Assembly (NCBI GenBank): GCA_963666115.2
Contig: CAXXET010000004.1
Location: forward strand, 448,001-512,000
DNA from: Dehalococcoidia bacterium
GTDB taxonomy: Bacteria; Chloroflexota; Dehalococcoidia; UBA6926
Direction of reading: 5' to 3'
Length of the DNA: 64,000 bases
Shown: in pieces, positions 40,060 to 49,411 of the stretch
Numbering within the stretch: position 1 is the first letter of the stretch
Layout: every line of letters begins with the position of its first letter
Notes under the pieces: model-generated
Database searches by the model: none
What the model was told of the DNA's origin: nothing
The model's input: only the letters and a program-made list of their open reading frames with translations
Program-made: the position numbers and the translations under genes

Positions 40060-41136
40060 ATGAAAGCTCGTTTTCTGCTGCTTGGCGCGTTTGCCCTTGC
40101 GCTGTTGGTGTTGGCGGGCTGCGGCGGGGACGGCGATTCTGCGGATACTGCCCCGGCTGATTCGCCGGAGCCTGCGGGGACCGTGGACTCCGGCACCGTT
40201 GTGGCGGAAGCCGCGACCGCCGTGGTGGAGGCCATCGCAACCCGCGACGCGGGATCATGGGAGGATGAGCGGGCAGAGGCGCAGGTGGCCTTCGTGTCCG
40301 TCAGCGCAGGATTGGATCACGCCTGCGCCCTGTTGATTGACGGCCTAATCATGTGTTGGGGTTCCGGAACAGGCCGGGTTGCGCCGCCGGAGGGGATATT
40401 CGCGTCCGTAATCTCCGGGCGCCTACACTCCTGCGGGCTGAGGCCGGACGGCTCGGCGGAGTGCTGGGGCAGAGACATCGAAGGCCAGGCCGCGCCGCCG
40501 GAGGGGGAGTTCACCGCCCTCAGCGGCGGCAATTTTCACACCTGCGGACTGAGGCCGGACGGCTCAGTCGAATGCTGGGGCAAGGACGATTTCGGCCAGG
40601 CGTCGCCGCCAGAGGGGGAGTTCACCGCCGTCAGCGCCGGAGAGGATCACACCTGCGGACTGAGGCCGGACGGCCTGGTAGAGTGCTGGGGCAAGAACGA
40701 GTCCGGCCAGGCGTCGCCGCCGGAGGGGGAATTCGTCTCCGTCAGCGGAGGCCAGTTTCACACCTGCGGGCAGAGGCCGGACGGCTCAGCAGAGTGCTGG
40801 GGTGGGAACGACTGGGACCTGGCCGCGCCGCCGGATGGGGAGTTCACCGCCGTCAGCGCAACATGCGGGCTGAGGTCGGACGGCTCGTTGGAGTGCTGGG
40901 GCTATAAAGACTTCACCCGTGTGTGGACGGGGGAATTCGCCGCCATGGCCTCCGGATTGTACCAAGCGTGCAGCGTGAACACGGACGGCTCCGTGATCTG
41001 CTGGCCGACCGGGTTCTCGATAAATCCTCCCCGGGAGTTCACTTCCGACATCACCGGGGTTCATTACACCTGCTGGGGGGTCCTTGAGGGTGAGGGCTAC
41101 ACAAACACCTGTCAGGGCAAGGAGGACGTTCGATGA
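40060..41136 (+). CDS. RCC1/BLIP-II-like repeat lipoprotein, copy 1
   Basis: LAGC lipobox; about 37-aa repeats F.AVSAG..HTCGLRPDGS.ECWG....GQA.PPEGE; GGAGG RBS. Confidence 0.85.
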   Translation: MKARFLLLGAFALALLVLAGCGGDGDSADTAPADSPEPAGTVDSGTVVAEAATAVVEAIATRDAGSWEDERAEAQVAFVSVSAGLDHACALLIDGLIMCWGSGTGRVAPPEGIFASVISGRLHSCGLRPDGSAECWGRDIEGQAAPPEGEFTALSGGNFHTCGLRPDGSVECWGKDDFGQASPPEGEFTAVSAGEDHTCGLRPDGLVECWGKNESGQASPPEGEFVSVSGGQFHTCGQRPDGSAECWGGNDWDLAAPPDGEFTAVSATCGLRSDGSLECWGYKDFTRVWTGEFAAMASGLYQACSVNTDGSVICWPTGFSINPPREFTSDITGVHYTCWGVLEGEGYTNTCQGKEDVR

Positions 41137-42239
41137 AGACTCTCTTTCTCTCGATTGGCGCGTTTGCCCTTGCGCTGTTGCTGGCGGCGGGGTGCGGCGG
41201 CGGGGGCGATTCTGCGGATTCCGCGCCGGCGGATCAGCCGCAGCCTGCGGGGACCGTGGACTCCGGCACCGTTGTGGCGGAAGCCGCGACGGCCGTGGTG
41301 GAGGCCATCGCAACCCGCGACGCGGGATCATGGGAGGATGAGCGGGCAGAGGCGCAGGTGGCCTTCATGTCCGTCAGCGCCGGGTACCGAAATACGTGCG
41401 GCCTGTTGAGCGGCGGCATCGTTGTCTGCTGGGGCTTCACCGATGAGGTCGTGGATGATCGACCGGACGTGGAGTTCACGTCCGTGAGCGCCGGAGGTAC
41501 TCACGCCTGCGGGCTGACGCCGGACGGCTCGGCACAGTGCTGGGGCAAAGACCACGCAGGTCAGGCGACACCGCCCGACGGGGAGTTCACGACCATCAGC
41601 GCCGGGTCCCACCACACGTGTGGAGTGAGGCCCGACGGCTCGGTTGAGTGCTGGGGCGCGAACGAACTCGGCCAGGCCACGCCGCCGGAGGGAACATTCA
41701 CGTCCGTCAGCGGCGGGTGGGAACACACCTGTGGGCTGAGAACGGACGGCTCAGTCGACTGCTGGGGGTCGAACGAGTGGGAAGGTCAGGCTACGCCGCC
41801 GGACGGAACGTTTGACGTGGTCAGCGCCGGGATGTTCCATTCCTGCGGGGTGAAGACGGATGGCGCAGTGGCCTGCTGGGGCCTTGACGAATACGCCCAA
41901 GCGTCACCGCCGGAGGGGGATTTCTCATACGTCGGCGCGGGGCGGGAACACACCTGCGGGGTGAGGACGGACGGCTCTATTGCCTGCTGGGGCGAACACC
42001 GCCGGGGCGAGACATGGGGGCCGGAGGAGGAGTTGACGGCCATCGAGACGGGGGAGAAGCACTCCTGCGGCCTGACAGATGATGGCGCCGTGACCTGCTG
42101 GGGGAACACCACAGGCGTGGGCGCGATGCAACAAACCCAGGAGTTCACATCCGCCGTCACCGGGATAGGCTACACGTGCGGGCTGAAGGAGTATGGCGCG
42201 TATACGACCGCTTGTTATGAGTCGGACGACGGGGGCTAG
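41133..42239 (+). CDS. RCC1/BLIP-II-like repeat lipoprotein, copy 2
   Basis: AAGC lipobox; same repeat type; N-terminus nearly identical to copy 1. Confidence 0.85.
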   Translation: MKTLFLSIGAFALALLLAAGCGGGGDSADSAPADQPQPAGTVDSGTVVAEAATAVVEAIATRDAGSWEDERAEAQVAFMSVSAGYRNTCGLLSGGIVVCWGFTDEVVDDRPDVEFTSVSAGGTHACGLTPDGSAQCWGKDHAGQATPPDGEFTTISAGSHHTCGVRPDGSVECWGANELGQATPPEGTFTSVSGGWEHTCGLRTDGSVDCWGSNEWEGQATPPDGTFDVVSAGMFHSCGVKTDGAVACWGLDEYAQASPPEGDFSYVGAGREHTCGVRTDGSIACWGEHRRGETWGPEEELTAIETGEKHSCGLTDDGAVTCWGNTTGVGAMQQTQEFTSAVTGIGYTCGLKEYGAYTTACYESDDGG

Positions 42240-42262
42240 GGTAAGCGGGTTCCCGCCTGCTG

Positions 42263-42288
42263 GATTCCTGCTTTCGCAGGAATGACGG
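42263..42288. repeat. REP-like palindrome type A variant
   Basis: Identical to 39916-39941; next to the tRNA 3' end. Confidence 0.75.
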
Positions 42289-42297
42289 AGGCGGTTT

Positions 42298-42373
42298 TGG
42301 TGGAGCCGAGGGGATTCGAACCCCTGACCTCCTGCTTGCAAAGCAGGCGCTCTCCCGACTGAGCTACGACCCC
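42298..42373 (-). tRNA. tRNA-Ala(UGC)
   Basis: 76 nt, GGGGTCG acceptor stem with G3:U70, anticodon arm CCTGC-TTTGCAA-GCAGG, GGTTCGAATCC T-arm, encoded CCA. Confidence 0.97.
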
Positions 42374-42397
42374 ACGATTGAGCGGCGGGCGTCTCTT

Positions 42398-42532
42398 CTA
42401 TCCCGCCGATGCGCCGGCGATGGCGAGGGTGATGATCGCCCCGGATACGCAGACGGCCGCCGCCAGGATGCTCAGTTCAAGCAGGCCGAACCCACGCCGG
42501 CGCTTTCTTTCGCCCCCACGATCCTCGTCCAT
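42398..42532 (-). CDS. 44-aa peptide with type IV prepilin-like cleavage motif (not in ORF track)
   Basis: MDEDRGGERKRRRG/FGLLELSILAAAVCVSGAIITLAIAGASAG; GAGGTG RBS upstream. Confidence 0.55.
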   Translation of the reverse strand: MDEDRGGERKRRRGFGLLELSILAAAVCVSGAIITLAIAGASAG

Positions 42533-42601
42533 GCTCTCACCTCGCTTTGTTCCCGCGCCGCCCCTCTATTATGCCTTGTGAGCGAATGCGCGGATGCGGA
42601 C

Positions 42602-43087
42602 CTAACCGGCGGAGTCGGGGTCTGACGAGCCGACGTCTTCGCGGCCCGATGCGCCGCCGAGGGCTTTTTGAAGGGTGTCCCACGCGAGGACGGCGCACTT
42701 GACGCGGGCCGGATAGCGGGACGTGCCCTGCAGGGACATCAGGTCGCCCATCGCAGCCTCATCAACCTCTTCGCCAAGGATCATGGCGCGGAAGCCGCTG
42801 GCAAGCGCGTTCGCGTCCTCAATGGAACGCCCCCGCATGGCCTCCGTCATCATCGACGCGGACGACTGGGAGATGGAGCAGCCCTGCCCCACAAAGCCGA
42901 TGTCCTCGATCGCGCCATCCTTGATGCGGGCGGTCAGGCGAACCTCATCCCCGCACACCGGGTTGAACTGCGTCAGGTCAGCGTCCGGGGATTCCAGCAC
43001 GCGGTTGTTTCGAGGCAGCCGGTAGTGGTCCAGGATCAGCTCCCGGTACAGATCGTCGAAATACGGCTCGGGCTCACTGCCTGCCAA
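42602..43087 (-). CDS. sufU: SufU / NifU-like Fe-S scaffold or sulfur-transfer protein
   Basis: LYRELILDHY, NPVCGD, GCSISQSSAS, PARVKCA; TTG start overlapping end of sufS. Confidence 0.92.
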   Translation of the reverse strand: MAGSEPEPYFDDLYRELILDHYRLPRNNRVLESPDADLTQFNPVCGDEVRLTARIKDGAIEDIGFVGQGCSISQSSASMMTEAMRGRSIEDANALASGFRAMILGEEVDEAAMGDLMSLQGTSRYPARVKCAVLAWDTLQKALGGASGREDVGSSDPDSAG

Positions 43088-44324
43088 AGAGTTCACCAGC
43101 CTTCTTGAGGGCATCGATGAGTCGGTCAACGTCGTCGTTCGTATTGTAAACGTAGAAGCTGGCGCGGGCGGTGGCGGGGACGTTGAGGCGGCGCATGAGC
43201 GGCTGTGCGCAGTGATGCCCGGCGCGAATCTGCACGCCCTCCCAGTCCAGCGTCTGGGCGATGTCATGCGGGTGGATGGACTCAATGGCGAACGACACGA
43301 CGCCGCCGCGCTGCTCCGCGTCCGGCGGGCCGTGCAGCGAGACACCCTCGCCGAGCGAGCGCATTTGCCGGAGCGCGTAATCCGTGATTTCGATCTCGTG
43401 TTGGCGGACGGCATCCATGCCGAGCGCGGTCAGATAATCAATTGCCGCGCCGAACGCGACGACGTCGGCAAAGTTCGGCGTGCCGGCCTCGAACTTCCAG
43501 GGCGGGTCTTTCCACGTGAAGCCGTCCTCGCGCACCTCCATGATCATCTCGCCGCCGCCCAGGAACGGGGGCATCTCATCAAGGAGCGCCGCCTTGCCGT
43601 AGAGCACGCCGACGCCCGTCGGCCCCAGCATCTTGTGGGACGAAAAGACGTAGAAATCAGCGTCCATTTCGCGGACGTCCACGGCCATGTGAGGCGCTCC
43701 CTGCGCGCCGTCCACGATAGCGATTGCGCCCACGGCATGGGCCTTGTCCACCAGTTCGCGGACGGGATTCACGGTGCCGAGCACGTTTGAGACGTGCGTG
43801 AAGGAGACGGCCTTCGTGCGCTCCGTGATGAGGGTATCCAGGTCGGACAGGTCAAGGTAGCCGTCGTCCGTGACGGGGATGAAGCGGAGAACCGCGCCGC
43901 GCTCTTCGCAAATCATGTGCCACGGCACGATGTTCGAGTGGTGCTCCATGAGGGTGACGAGGACTTCGTCGCCCTCGTCCAGGTTGGCGCGTCCCCACGC
44001 ATAGGCGAGGAGGTTCAGGGATTCCGTCGTGTTGCGGGTAAAAACGATCTCGCTTGAGGATTCGGCGTTGATGAACGCGGCGGTCTTCTCGCGCGCGCCC
44101 TCGTAGGCTGCGGTCGATTCCTCCGAGAGGGTGTAGATGCCGCGGTGGACGTTCGCGTTGGAGGTGCGGTAGAAATCGGCCAGCGCGTCGATGACCTGCT
44201 TCGGCTTCTGCGACGTGGCCGTGCTGTCCAGGTAGACGACAGGGTTGCCGTTGATGACGCGGGACAGTATCGGAAAGTCGCCGCGAACGGCTTCGACGTC
44301 CAGTTGAGATGGGTGATCAGGCAC
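43074..44324 (-). CDS. sufS: Cysteine desulfurase SufS
   Basis: YLDSTATSQKP, EHHSNIVPW, SSHKMLGPTG, RAGHHCAQP. Confidence 0.95.
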   Translation of the reverse strand: MPDHPSQLDVEAVRGDFPILSRVINGNPVVYLDSTATSQKPKQVIDALADFYRTSNANVHRGIYTLSEESTAAYEGAREKTAAFINAESSSEIVFTRNTTESLNLLAYAWGRANLDEGDEVLVTLMEHHSNIVPWHMICEERGAVLRFIPVTDDGYLDLSDLDTLITERTKAVSFTHVSNVLGTVNPVRELVDKAHAVGAIAIVDGAQGAPHMAVDVREMDADFYVFSSHKMLGPTGVGVLYGKAALLDEMPPFLGGGEMIMEVREDGFTWKDPPWKFEAGTPNFADVVAFGAAIDYLTALGMDAVRQHEIEITDYALRQMRSLGEGVSLHGPPDAEQRGGVVSFAIESIHPHDIAQTLDWEGVQIRAGHHCAQPLMRRLNVPATARASFYVYNTNDDVDRLIDALKKAGELFGRQ

Positions 44325-44353
44325 GGGGGCCGGCCTTGCGCAGCGCCGCCGCG

Positions 44354-45151
44354 CTATTGCGACGCCGGCGCGACCGCGCTGCCTGCGCCGGACCGGATGA
44401 GGTCATAGCCGTGTTCCTCAAGGTCATGGGCGAGTTCCGGGCCTCCCGACCTGACGATTGCGCCGTCCAGCATGACGTGAACGGTGTCCGGCTCGATGTA
44501 GTTGAAGATGCGCGTGTAGTGGGTGATGAGCAGGATGCCCATTTCCTCATGCCGCAGTTGGTTGACGCCGTGCGAGACCGTTCGCAGCGCGTCGATGTCC
44601 AGGCCGGAGTCCGTCTCATCGAGGATGGCGAGGGTGGGATCGAGGACGGCGAGTTGAAGAATCTCGCTGCGCTTCTTCTCACCGCCGGAGAAGCCGGAGT
44701 TGACGTAGCGCACGGCAAACGAACGATCCATGCCGAGCGTGTCCATCTTCTCATTCACCATCTGCCGGAACTCGACCAGCGGCATCTCGTCGTCGCGGTG
44801 GGCGTTCACCATCTGCCGCAGGAAGTTGATCAACGTGACACCGGCGATCTCCACGGGGTACTGCGATGCCAAAAAGATGCCGTCAAGCGAACGCTGGTCG
44901 GGCAGGTCTAGCGTGATGTCCTTGCCCTTGTAGAGGATGCGGCCGCCGGTGACGACGTAGCGAGGGTTGCCCATGAGGGTATTGGCGAGGGTGCTCTTGC
45001 CGGAGCCGTTGGGCCCCATGACGGTGTTGACCTTGCCGGTGGGAATCTCCAGGTTGACGCCCTTGAGAATCTCCTTGCCGTCCACCTCGACGCGGAGATC
45101 CTCCACGACCATGACGGCATTTCCGTTGCTGCTCGTGGTAGTGGTGGACAC
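44354..45151 (-). CDS. sufC: Fe-S assembly ATPase SufC
   Basis: GPNGSGKST, GFSGGEKKR, LDETDSGLDID, ITHY. Confidence 0.95.
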   Translation of the reverse strand: MSTTTTSSNGNAVMVVEDLRVEVDGKEILKGVNLEIPTGKVNTVMGPNGSGKSTLANTLMGNPRYVVTGGRILYKGKDITLDLPDQRSLDGIFLASQYPVEIAGVTLINFLRQMVNAHRDDEMPLVEFRQMVNEKMDTLGMDRSFAVRYVNSGFSGGEKKRSEILQLAVLDPTLAILDETDSGLDIDALRTVSHGVNQLRHEEMGILLITHYTRIFNYIEPDTVHVMLDGAIVRSGGPELAHDLEEHGYDLIRSGAGSAVAPASQ

Positions 45152-45267
45152 TGGCTAAGGCTCCCTGCGCGCGGCTGTTGGCGAAAGATGCGGACAATTC
45201 ACGCTGTGCAGTCATTCTACGGAACGGCGGCAAGGCGTGGCAAGGCGGGGAATGGATACACTGGATC

Positions 45268-46305
45268 ATGGCCTCCGAAATCTACCGACCATCTGACAAG
45301 GACATAGACGCCGCCGGACGGGCGCTGGTGGAGCGTTTGGATACGCCTGCCGACGACCAGCAGTGGATCGATGCGGCTGTGCTGGTTGACGCATGGCGAC
45401 GCTCTCACAGCATCCCATTGCAGACCTTCAGAGCGAACCTGCGGAACAGGGCAGGAAGCAGGGCAATCGTTGCCCAGCGGCTCAAGCGCCTCCCGTCCAT
45501 CATTGGGAAACTCCAACGGCTTTCGAGGATTCGACTCTCCCGGATGCAGGACATTGGCGGATGCCGCGTCATCATGCCCACTGCGGATGAAGCGCTCCAT
45601 CTAGCCGGAGACTTCGCGGGAAGCCGCATCCGCCACGAACTGGTGAGGAGCCAGGACTACATCAACGAACCCAGGAAGACCGGGTATCGCGGCATTCACC
45701 TGATTTATTCCTATCGCAGCGAGCGGCGGGATGATCTCAATGGCCTGGGCGTTGAGATTCAACTCCGTTCCCAACTCCAGCATCAATGGGCTACCGCTGT
45801 CGAAACTGTGGGAACGTACATTGGGGAGGATCTCAAGTCCGGGAGGGGCGACCCTGACTGGCTCCGCTTCTTTGAGTTGATGAGCGCAGTGATCGCGCAT
45901 CGGGAGGGCAAGCCCGGAGTTCCCAATACGCCGTCAGATCATCGAGAACTGGTAGGCGCCGTCCAGGAAATCGCCGGGCGCATGAACGTCCTGGAACGCG
46001 TCAACGCGTTTCAGGAGGTGACCCGTCAACTGCCTCGTTTCCGAAAGGACACGGGCTACTGGCACGTCTTGGAGTTGGATATGGAGGCCCTGCAAATCAG
46101 GGGGTTTTCGTTCGGGCAGTCAGGGCTTGATGTAGCCTCGTCGCTCTACCGGGACAAGGAGGTCGAGAACAGGGGGAATCGGAAAGTCGATGTCGTCCTC
46201 GTCTCTGCGGATTCGGTGCGAGATTTGCAGAAGGCGTACCCGAACTACTTCACCGATATTCAAGCGTTCCTAGAGTTGCTTCACGATACGCTTGAGGCAG
46301 CCTGA
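45268..46305 (+). CDS. RelA/SpoT-domain protein (small alarmone synthetase-like) with C-terminal extension
   Basis: QRLKRLPSI, MQDIGGCR, GYRGIH, EIQLRSQLQHQWATAVE; no HD domain. Confidence 0.85.
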   Translation: MASEIYRPSDKDIDAAGRALVERLDTPADDQQWIDAAVLVDAWRRSHSIPLQTFRANLRNRAGSRAIVAQRLKRLPSIIGKLQRLSRIRLSRMQDIGGCRVIMPTADEALHLAGDFAGSRIRHELVRSQDYINEPRKTGYRGIHLIYSYRSERRDDLNGLGVEIQLRSQLQHQWATAVETVGTYIGEDLKSGRGDPDWLRFFELMSAVIAHREGKPGVPNTPSDHRELVGAVQEIAGRMNVLERVNAFQEVTRQLPRFRKDTGYWHVLELDMEALQIRGFSFGQSGLDVASSLYRDKEVENRGNRKVDVVLVSADSVRDLQKAYPNYFTDIQAFLELLHDTLEAA

Positions 46306-46557
46306 CCCGCAGCTTCCCTGGTCTTGCGCTCCTTCGCGCGCTGTTGCCGGGCCATGACCTGCTTGACGATCCTGTCGAGCCTCTCCGACGGGGTCTCATC
46401 CTTGTTCTTCGGCGCTCGCCTGACCTTGGCCACCACGGCATTCACCTCTGCACAAATCTCCAATTCATTAGTACTAAACAATTGTAGCACGCTATCCACT
46501 GTACAGACGGTGCGCGATGGCCGCAAATGGCGCAGGCGCTCGCCTCCTACCCGTCTC

Positions 46558-47958
46558 CTACCCGCCTCCACCGCCGGAGAAGCCGGGTTCGGTCATCTTG
46601 GCGGCGTCCAGGATGTCTTCGAGGGCGGCTTCGCCGAGTTCGGTTGTGCGCAGCGCCACCTGCCGCACGGTCTCGCCCGTTTCCGACGCCTCATGCGCGA
46701 TTGCGGCAGCGGCATCGTAGCCGATCACCGGCGCGAGCGCCGTGCAGATGGCCAGCCCCTGTTCCACGGTCTCCGGGCCGCGCTCCGTCGCGACCAGTCC
46801 CTCGATGCACTGCTCACGGAAATTGTCCGCCTCAGCGGCGAGCAGGTCGATGGACTGGAGGAGGTTGTGCGCGGCGACGGGCATCATGACGTTCAGTTCA
46901 AAGTTGCTGCCCTGCGCGTCCGCTATCGTGACTGTCACGTGGTTGCCCATGACCTGCGCGACGGCCTGCGCGACGGACTCCGCGATAACGGGGTTGATCT
47001 TGCCGGGCATGATGGACGAGCCGGGCTGAACCTCCGGCAAGGCGATCTCCGCGAATCCAGCGCGCGGGCCCGAGCCGAGCCAGCGCACGTCATTGGCGAT
47101 CTTCAACATGCTGACGGCGACGGTGTTCAGGACGCCGCTCGCCTCCGTGACGGCGTTCAGCGTGCTCTGCGCCTGGAAGTGGTTCTCCGTCTCGCGGATG
47201 TCGAGGCCGGTGGCGGACGCGAGGCGCGCGCAGACCATCCCGGAGAACTCCACGTCTCGACCGATGCCCGTCCCAACCGCCGTGCCGCCGAGCGGAACCT
47301 CGCACAACTCATCGACGGCGTGGCGCAAACGACGGACGGCCCGCTCCATCTGGCCCGCATGGCCCAAAAACTCCTGGCCGAGGCGGATGGGCGTGGCGTC
47401 CTGCAGGTGCGTCCTGCCGGTCTTGATAACGTCCCAAAACGCCGCCGATTTGTCCGCCAACGCCTGCTGCAGGCGCTCCAACGCAGGCACGAGTTCAATG
47501 GCGATGCCGTGCGCGGCGGCGACCTGTATCGCCGTCGGGATGACATCGTTGGAGGATTGGCCGCGGTTGACGTGGTCGTTTGGGTGAACCATGCGGGAAC
47601 CGGCGTCGCCGCCGAGGATCTGCGCCGCGCGGTTGGCGATGACCTCGTTTGCGTTCATATTCGTGGAGGTGCCAGAGCCTGTTTGAAAAATATCCAGGAC
47701 GAAGTGGGCGTCGTGCTCCCCGTCCATGACCTCCTGCGCCGCCGATTTGACGGCGGCGGCCATCTCCGGCGCGATGCCGCCCATCTGTTCGTTGACCTCC
47801 GCGGCGGAGCGCTTGATCAGCGCGAGGGCGCGGATGAAGCTGCGGGAGAAGCGCAGGTCGCTGATGGGAAAGTTGCGGACGGCGCGCTGCGTCTGCGCGC
47901 CCCACAGGGCATCGTCCGGCACCTCCATCTCGCCCATTGAGTCACGTTCGATGCGCAT
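46558..47958 (-). CDS. fumC: Fumarate hydratase class II
   Basis: RIERDSMGE, QTGSGTSTNMN, GRTHLQDA, GSSIMPGKINP. Confidence 0.95.
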   Translation of the reverse strand: MRIERDSMGEMEVPDDALWGAQTQRAVRNFPISDLRFSRSFIRALALIKRSAAEVNEQMGGIAPEMAAAVKSAAQEVMDGEHDAHFVLDIFQTGSGTSTNMNANEVIANRAAQILGGDAGSRMVHPNDHVNRGQSSNDVIPTAIQVAAAHGIAIELVPALERLQQALADKSAAFWDVIKTGRTHLQDATPIRLGQEFLGHAGQMERAVRRLRHAVDELCEVPLGGTAVGTGIGRDVEFSGMVCARLASATGLDIRETENHFQAQSTLNAVTEASGVLNTVAVSMLKIANDVRWLGSGPRAGFAEIALPEVQPGSSIMPGKINPVIAESVAQAVAQVMGNHVTVTIADAQGSNFELNVMMPVAAHNLLQSIDLLAAEADNFREQCIEGLVATERGPETVEQGLAICTALAPVIGYDAAAAIAHEASETGETVRQVALRTTELGEAALEDILDAAKMTEPGFSGGGGG

Positions 47959-47965
47959 CGGGTGA

Positions 47966-49411
47966 TTATCCTCCTGTTGTCATGTGGTCCGGCGAAAGAG
48001 ATTCCCGCGCCCCGGTCAGTGAAGAGGCCGTCACGCTCAAGAATCCCTGGTAGCGGCGGGCGGACAGGCGCGGCGCGGGATTTCCGGAGCTGTCCGCGAT
48101 GAAATGCCGCGCGCGGCGGGCGGCCTCAGATTCTCCCGGGTTCGGCAAGACGGCGTAGACCTGCCGCGTCCTCCGTTCCAGGTCAGTGTCCGATTCATAA
48201 TCCGCCACGGCAAGCAGGAACGGCAGGACGGCCGTTGCCAGCATGTCCAATGCCCGCCCCCGGCCGATGAGCGCGGACGGCTTGTTGGGGATGACGAGCG
48301 CACCGGTCAACCGCGCTGCCGCGTCTCGCGGGCTTTCGGCCTCGACAACCGCGCCCCTCAGATCGCTGAGCAGCCCCGGCCCATCCAGCCAGCGCCGCAT
48401 GAGTTCGACCGCAGCGGCCATCCGCCTAGCCGGGTGGTTGTCCGGCCTGACGCGAAACGTCTGCCACGACCGGCGCGGCAGCGATTCCAGCCCCGGGTGT
48501 TGCGCCCATTCCGTCTCCGCCGCCGCCGTGAACCGGTCATGGGCGCGCGACGGCAGCAGCCCCGCCGTCCCGAACAGGAGGCCTGCCAGGCGCGCCAGGC
48601 GCGCATCCTCGTCACCCGCGCCGACTGTCAAGCCGCGCAGCGTGTCAATCGGCATGAGCCGCGCGACTTCCTGGAACGCGGTCATATTGCGGATGTACCC
48701 CAGCCCCCTGAAAATGGCCTCGTAGAGAACCTGCTCTTGCCCGACGACAGCGATATCGCCCTCCATGGACGCCGCCCGCTCCTCGAGCCGCGCGTCGCCC
48801 AGCGCATCGAGCATCGCGGCTGCATCGCGCGGCTTTCCCATGCCGGTAAGCAACAGACCGGGCGATGAGGCTGTGGCTGCCGTGGCCGCGCGCTTCCGCC
48901 GGCGCGCGCCTTGACGCATTTCAAGCACGGGCGCTCCGGCTATCTCCGTCATGCCCTGCGCGTCCTCAACGACGTGCAGGACGACGCTGGCAAAGGCCGG
49001 GTTCGGCTCGTGTCCATGCGCGAACCAGTCTGAGGCGCGCAGGTGCATCTCAACGTCGCCGCGGATGATGCGGCGCGGCCGGCCGGGGGCATCCATCGCG
49101 ATGACCGCGCCGAGGAAGTCCGGGCCGTCTCCTGAATTGCGGGCGCCGGCGTGAATGACATCGACTTTCGAACCCGTGACCGTTCTCAGGCGGCGTCCCC
49201 GCCCGTTCCCCGCGCCGGCCTGCCATGCGTCGCAGAGGTGTTTCTCGCTTGGCCAGCCACCCGGCGTCCCGGACGCGCTGGCGGCATAATGAGCCGCCCC
49301 GTCGCGAACAACGAACCTGACGGACTGCCTGATACCTGTTGCTGCATCAATCCCGCGCATAACAGGAGTGTAGCGCACGTGTTCAACTCCTGGTCTGGCC
49401 GTCTCCGACAA
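47966..49411 (-). CDS. DUF2851 family protein (start uncertain)
   Basis: GPDF, GDVEMHLRASDWFAHGH, VVLHVV, RPDNHPARR. Confidence 0.75.
   Translation of the reverse strand: MSETARPGVEHVRYTPVMRGIDAATGIRQSVRFVVRDGAAHYAASASGTPGGWPSEKHLCDAWQAGAGNGRGRRLRTVTGSKVDVIHAGARNSGDGPDFLGAVIAMDAPGRPRRIIRGDVEMHLRASDWFAHGHEPNPAFASVVLHVVEDAQGMTEIAGAPVLEMRQGARRRKRAATAATASSPGLLLTGMGKPRDAAAMLDALGDARLEERAASMEGDIAVVGQEQVLYEAIFRGLGYIRNMTAFQEVARLMPIDTLRGLTVGAGDEDARLARLAGLLFGTAGLLPSRAHDRFTAAAETEWAQHPGLESLPRRSWQTFRVRPDNHPARRMAAAVELMRRWLDGPGLLSDLRGAVVEAESPRDAAARLTGALVIPNKPSALIGRGRALDMLATAVLPFLLAVADYESDTDLERRTRQVYAVLPNPGESEAARRARHFIADSSGNPAPRLSARRYQGFLSVTASSLTGARESLSPDHMTTGG

Noticed and set aside
40060-42239. CRISPR array or DGR template/variable repeat pair
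   Set aside because: The repeats are in-frame coding units of about 111 bp without unique spacers; no cas or reverse transcriptase gene nearby
34445-42373. Integrative element or prophage inserted at the tRNA-Ala 3' end
   Set aside because: No integrase or phage genes, and I found no duplicated tRNA 3' end (att site) near 34.45 kb or 39.6 kb
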